A DNA stretch of 64,000 nt from Amoebophrya sp. A120 (lineage: Eukaryota; Protista; Dinoflagellata), in the NCBI GenBank assembly GCA_905178155.1, contig CAJINV010000012.1:2395407-2459406 (forward strand), read 5' to 3'. Of this stretch, positions 61,318 to 64,000 are shown piece by piece. The position numbers and the translations under genes are program-made. The notes beneath the pieces were generated by a model, which saw only the letters and a program-made list of their open reading frames with translations, ran no database searches and was not told the origin of the DNA. Position 1 is the stretch's first letter. Each line of letters starts with the position of its first letter.

Positions 61318-63282
61318 AATAATCCTGGGTAGAAGAAAGGACGAAAATAAAGGGTAAGGCAGGGTGTCGAAACAAAATTTAGAAATGTAGTCTCGCTTTT
61401 TTAGTACAACTTCCGGAGCGGTGTTGCTTAGCTGGACAACGCTAGCGCGGTGGCCGCATCGGCCTTGTTGATCAGGTGCGTTTGAAGAAATTCGAGTTTC
61501 AAAATCGCAAAAAAGTCGGAAAAACGACGCACGGTCCTCGCAAACACGTGAAAATAATGAATCGGCTTCCTCATGATCATGGTTGTCGCACTCATCGGAA
61601 TCATGTGAAACAAAGCACGGATCATCTTCGCGGCGCCCGTTGTTGATGTTGTTCCTTGTACAAGACAGCAGGGATGATCCACAAGTATGATCGTCATCGG
61701 CCGCCACTAGGTTGTACCACCTATTGAACATATTTTCTTCATAAGGACGACGAGCGGGAAACGTGCATTGCGTTGCAGCCGCACAAGGATGCAGAAGAAG
61801 TTCTGTTCTTGTCGGAGCAACTCTACTCGTCTAACGCCAAAACACCACTGCCTGAAGTTTAGACGGAAACTCCATCAGTTACCATCAACAAGGAACAAGA
61901 TACACAAATTCATAGTGCTGTATTCTCAATAAATTGTGTACCGTAATGAATGATCATCCGCCGCCGGACTCGTGGTCCATCTGGGAAGTGCCTCTTCATC
62001 CCATGGTAGCAACATAAATTTTTCAAATAAATTTGTCAGCACTCAACAAGCTAGAGCTAAAACTTCTTTGACAACTTGTTTATCTTTTCAAAGCTGGCTC
62101 TGTATAGCACCACTACTACTTCGCAGCTACGACCAGATCGTGAAGGGAGAAATGCAACCGATGCATGATTGTTGCGCCGGCGTTCTTGCTGACCTCGTCT
62201 CGTGCGTATTATCGTACTCTTCTTGTTTGTACCCGCACCAGTGCCAGTGGTCCTCTCTTCAAAGAGGAAGGTGGTGCTAACGTCGGTTTGTAGGCCTCCT
62301 CATAGCTGTTGCTGTCGTCCCATGTTGACACCAGACTGCGTCATTGATCCCCCCTCCAGCAACGGGAGCAGCAGCTAAGTAACCACAAGTTGTACGTCCT
62401 CCAGCTCCAATGCTTCGCCCTGGCGCTGCATTAAACAACAAGTCGAGAATGCTATATTTCAACAACATACGACACAGACACTTAAACCTATACGACGGTG
62501 CAACACTCCAGACTGAATACGTGTAGTGGGCTCCTACCCTGGGGGTCGTTTCCTTAAGTTCGTACAGTTCGTGGCTCAGTTTTTTCATATCTCTACTTAC
62601 GGAAGTGTCAAAGGGCAACATGTTTGCCGGATTTTTAGAAAATCAAACCGAGCCAAACTTTGCAGCTTTCTGTAATTGAAACGCACTGAAAATGCGTATA
62701 CTACTAAGCGATCAAGAGCAGCATCGCGACTGCCTCTGCTAGGGCAAGCAGTGGATATTACTAGAAGGTGTGTGGTATAGTCCTCGTGGCCGCTAGTAAT
62801 AGCAATAGCATTATCTTTTCGCCTGCTTAATGGCTTTTCTTTTCAAATTTATAAGTAATTTCTTTCTAACGTAAATCAAAATCTGTACTGAATCATCCTA
62901 GTAGTAGTTCTACGAGGATGTAGATGATGTCGATACAGTGCGTGGAATTCTTCCTAGAACTCCCCGCGGTAAAAACAAGTGTTAAAAGTCGCTCGCTGAA
63001 ACTAATTTGGATATACAACTGTGTTGACTTTCACTTTCTGTACTGTTCCAGAAGCGCAGCATTGCTTCTCAAGAACATTCATCGGTAGTTGCTTGCATGA
63101 GTACATGCAAGTATAATAAAATCATCATCATGGTCATCTCTGATACTTACTTCCACCAACTTCGGCCCACAAATCCACGATTGCAGATTCTGCGTGTAGA
63201 TAAATCGTGCCCAGTCTTCAAGTCCTCCTCCTGGTGGTCCTGTCCGTATTCACGTTGTTCGTCGTCTTCCAGTTCCAACTCG

Positions 63283-63884
63283 TTACTCGTTATCGCTCTC
63301 ATGAATGGCAGTCAACTGCTCGCCATTCAGCATGTCCTCGCTTTTTGACATGATCGACGTCGTCCCGTGATAATTACAGCTGTTCCCGGCTAGCATCTGC
63401 TCTACAGAAGTTCCAGTCGAAGCTGTTGTAGTTGTCACCTGCAACTCTAGCAACGAGTGCTCACTCCCGAGAATTCCGCCTGGACTGGAGCTGGGGGTCG
63501 CGGCGGTCTCTCCCGCAGACACATCCACCGCCGGAATGACGTATCAAATGCAAACATCCCTGGATGTCTGGAAACTTCCACTTGTGATGCAAGGAAGGGA
63601 ATAGGGCGCGCACTGTAATGCGCAGTCAAGCATGGCAAGTTTTTCCATGGTTCTGCGTTGCGTACCCCGCATGAGAAATAGCTGTGTTTTTGCATGACAG
63701 GCAAGAGGAGCTCTACTTTGTGGCCACGCAACACAGATTTCAGAGTCAGGCCGGGCTAGCATGACAAATCTCGTCGCAATCTCCCAGACGTCCAGGGATA
63801 TTTGCATTTGATACGACGGCTTTTTCGTTGAGAGTGCTGTCGTGGGTGTAGTTCATCAACAAATTATTGTCCCGGTTGTGCAAT
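63283..63884 (-). CDS. 3' exons of a gene entering from beyond the window (low-complexity product)
   Basis: Ser/Thr-rich ORF interrupted by introners at 63542 and 63885. Confidence 0.4.
63542..63813. mobile_element. Introner family B
   Basis: DR TGACG/CGACG. Confidence 0.88.
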
Positions 63885-64000
63885 TATCCTGTGCAAAAGT
63901 ATCGCACTCGTAGTAATTGCAAACATGCATTACAAATCCAGTTCCTAAGGCAAATCCGCATTACAAATTTGAATTGCAATTTATATTGCAATTCAATACT
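63885..64000. mobile_element. Introner family A, cut by the window edge
   Basis: Starts TATCCTGTGCAAAAGTATCGCACTCGTA. Confidence 0.85.

Noticed and set aside
266-63807. Many short ORFs with recurring peptides (LPDPDIFA, CKSIVLV, NYFNFDDF, FQTQTFL)
   Set aside because: They are translations of introner TIRs, not a protein family.
1-64000. rRNA, tRNA or dinoflagellate spliced-leader sequences
   Set aside because: None recognised by eye; a covariance-model search would be needed to exclude them.

Overview
Eukaryotic, gene-dense DNA in which every gene I could reconstruct lies on the minus strand. The genes are broken by about 70 short (113-330 bp) non-autonomous elements from roughly 17 terminal-inverted-repeat (TIR) families. 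Nearly all begin TAT, end ATA and are flanked by a 5-bp direct repeat (DR). Removing an element plus one DR copy restores the reading frame at almost every junction I tested, so they behave as non-canonical introns (introners). This architecture matches the introner-rich genomes reported for the parasitic dinoflagellate Amoebophrya (taxon is inference). Hand-spliced genes: a STE11/MAPKKK-like kinase (12 introners plus 1 GT-AG intron), a SAM methyltransferase (9), a large TPR-like protein, a KCNH/CNBD-type K+ channel (18), a repeat protein with two catalytically dead histidine-phosphatase domains, a FASTK/RAP-like helical protein, and two microproteins homologous to the channel N-terminus. Notable signals: a GCATNACAAA motif shared by unrelated families; asymmetric end conservation suggesting the TAT end works as an N-TA 5' splice site; Helitron-like elements nested inside introners; and insertions flanked by 39-60-bp direct repeats. 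No transposase or Rep/helicase was recognised. Family letters are my own labels. All coordinates and splice models were read by eye and need transcript confirmation.
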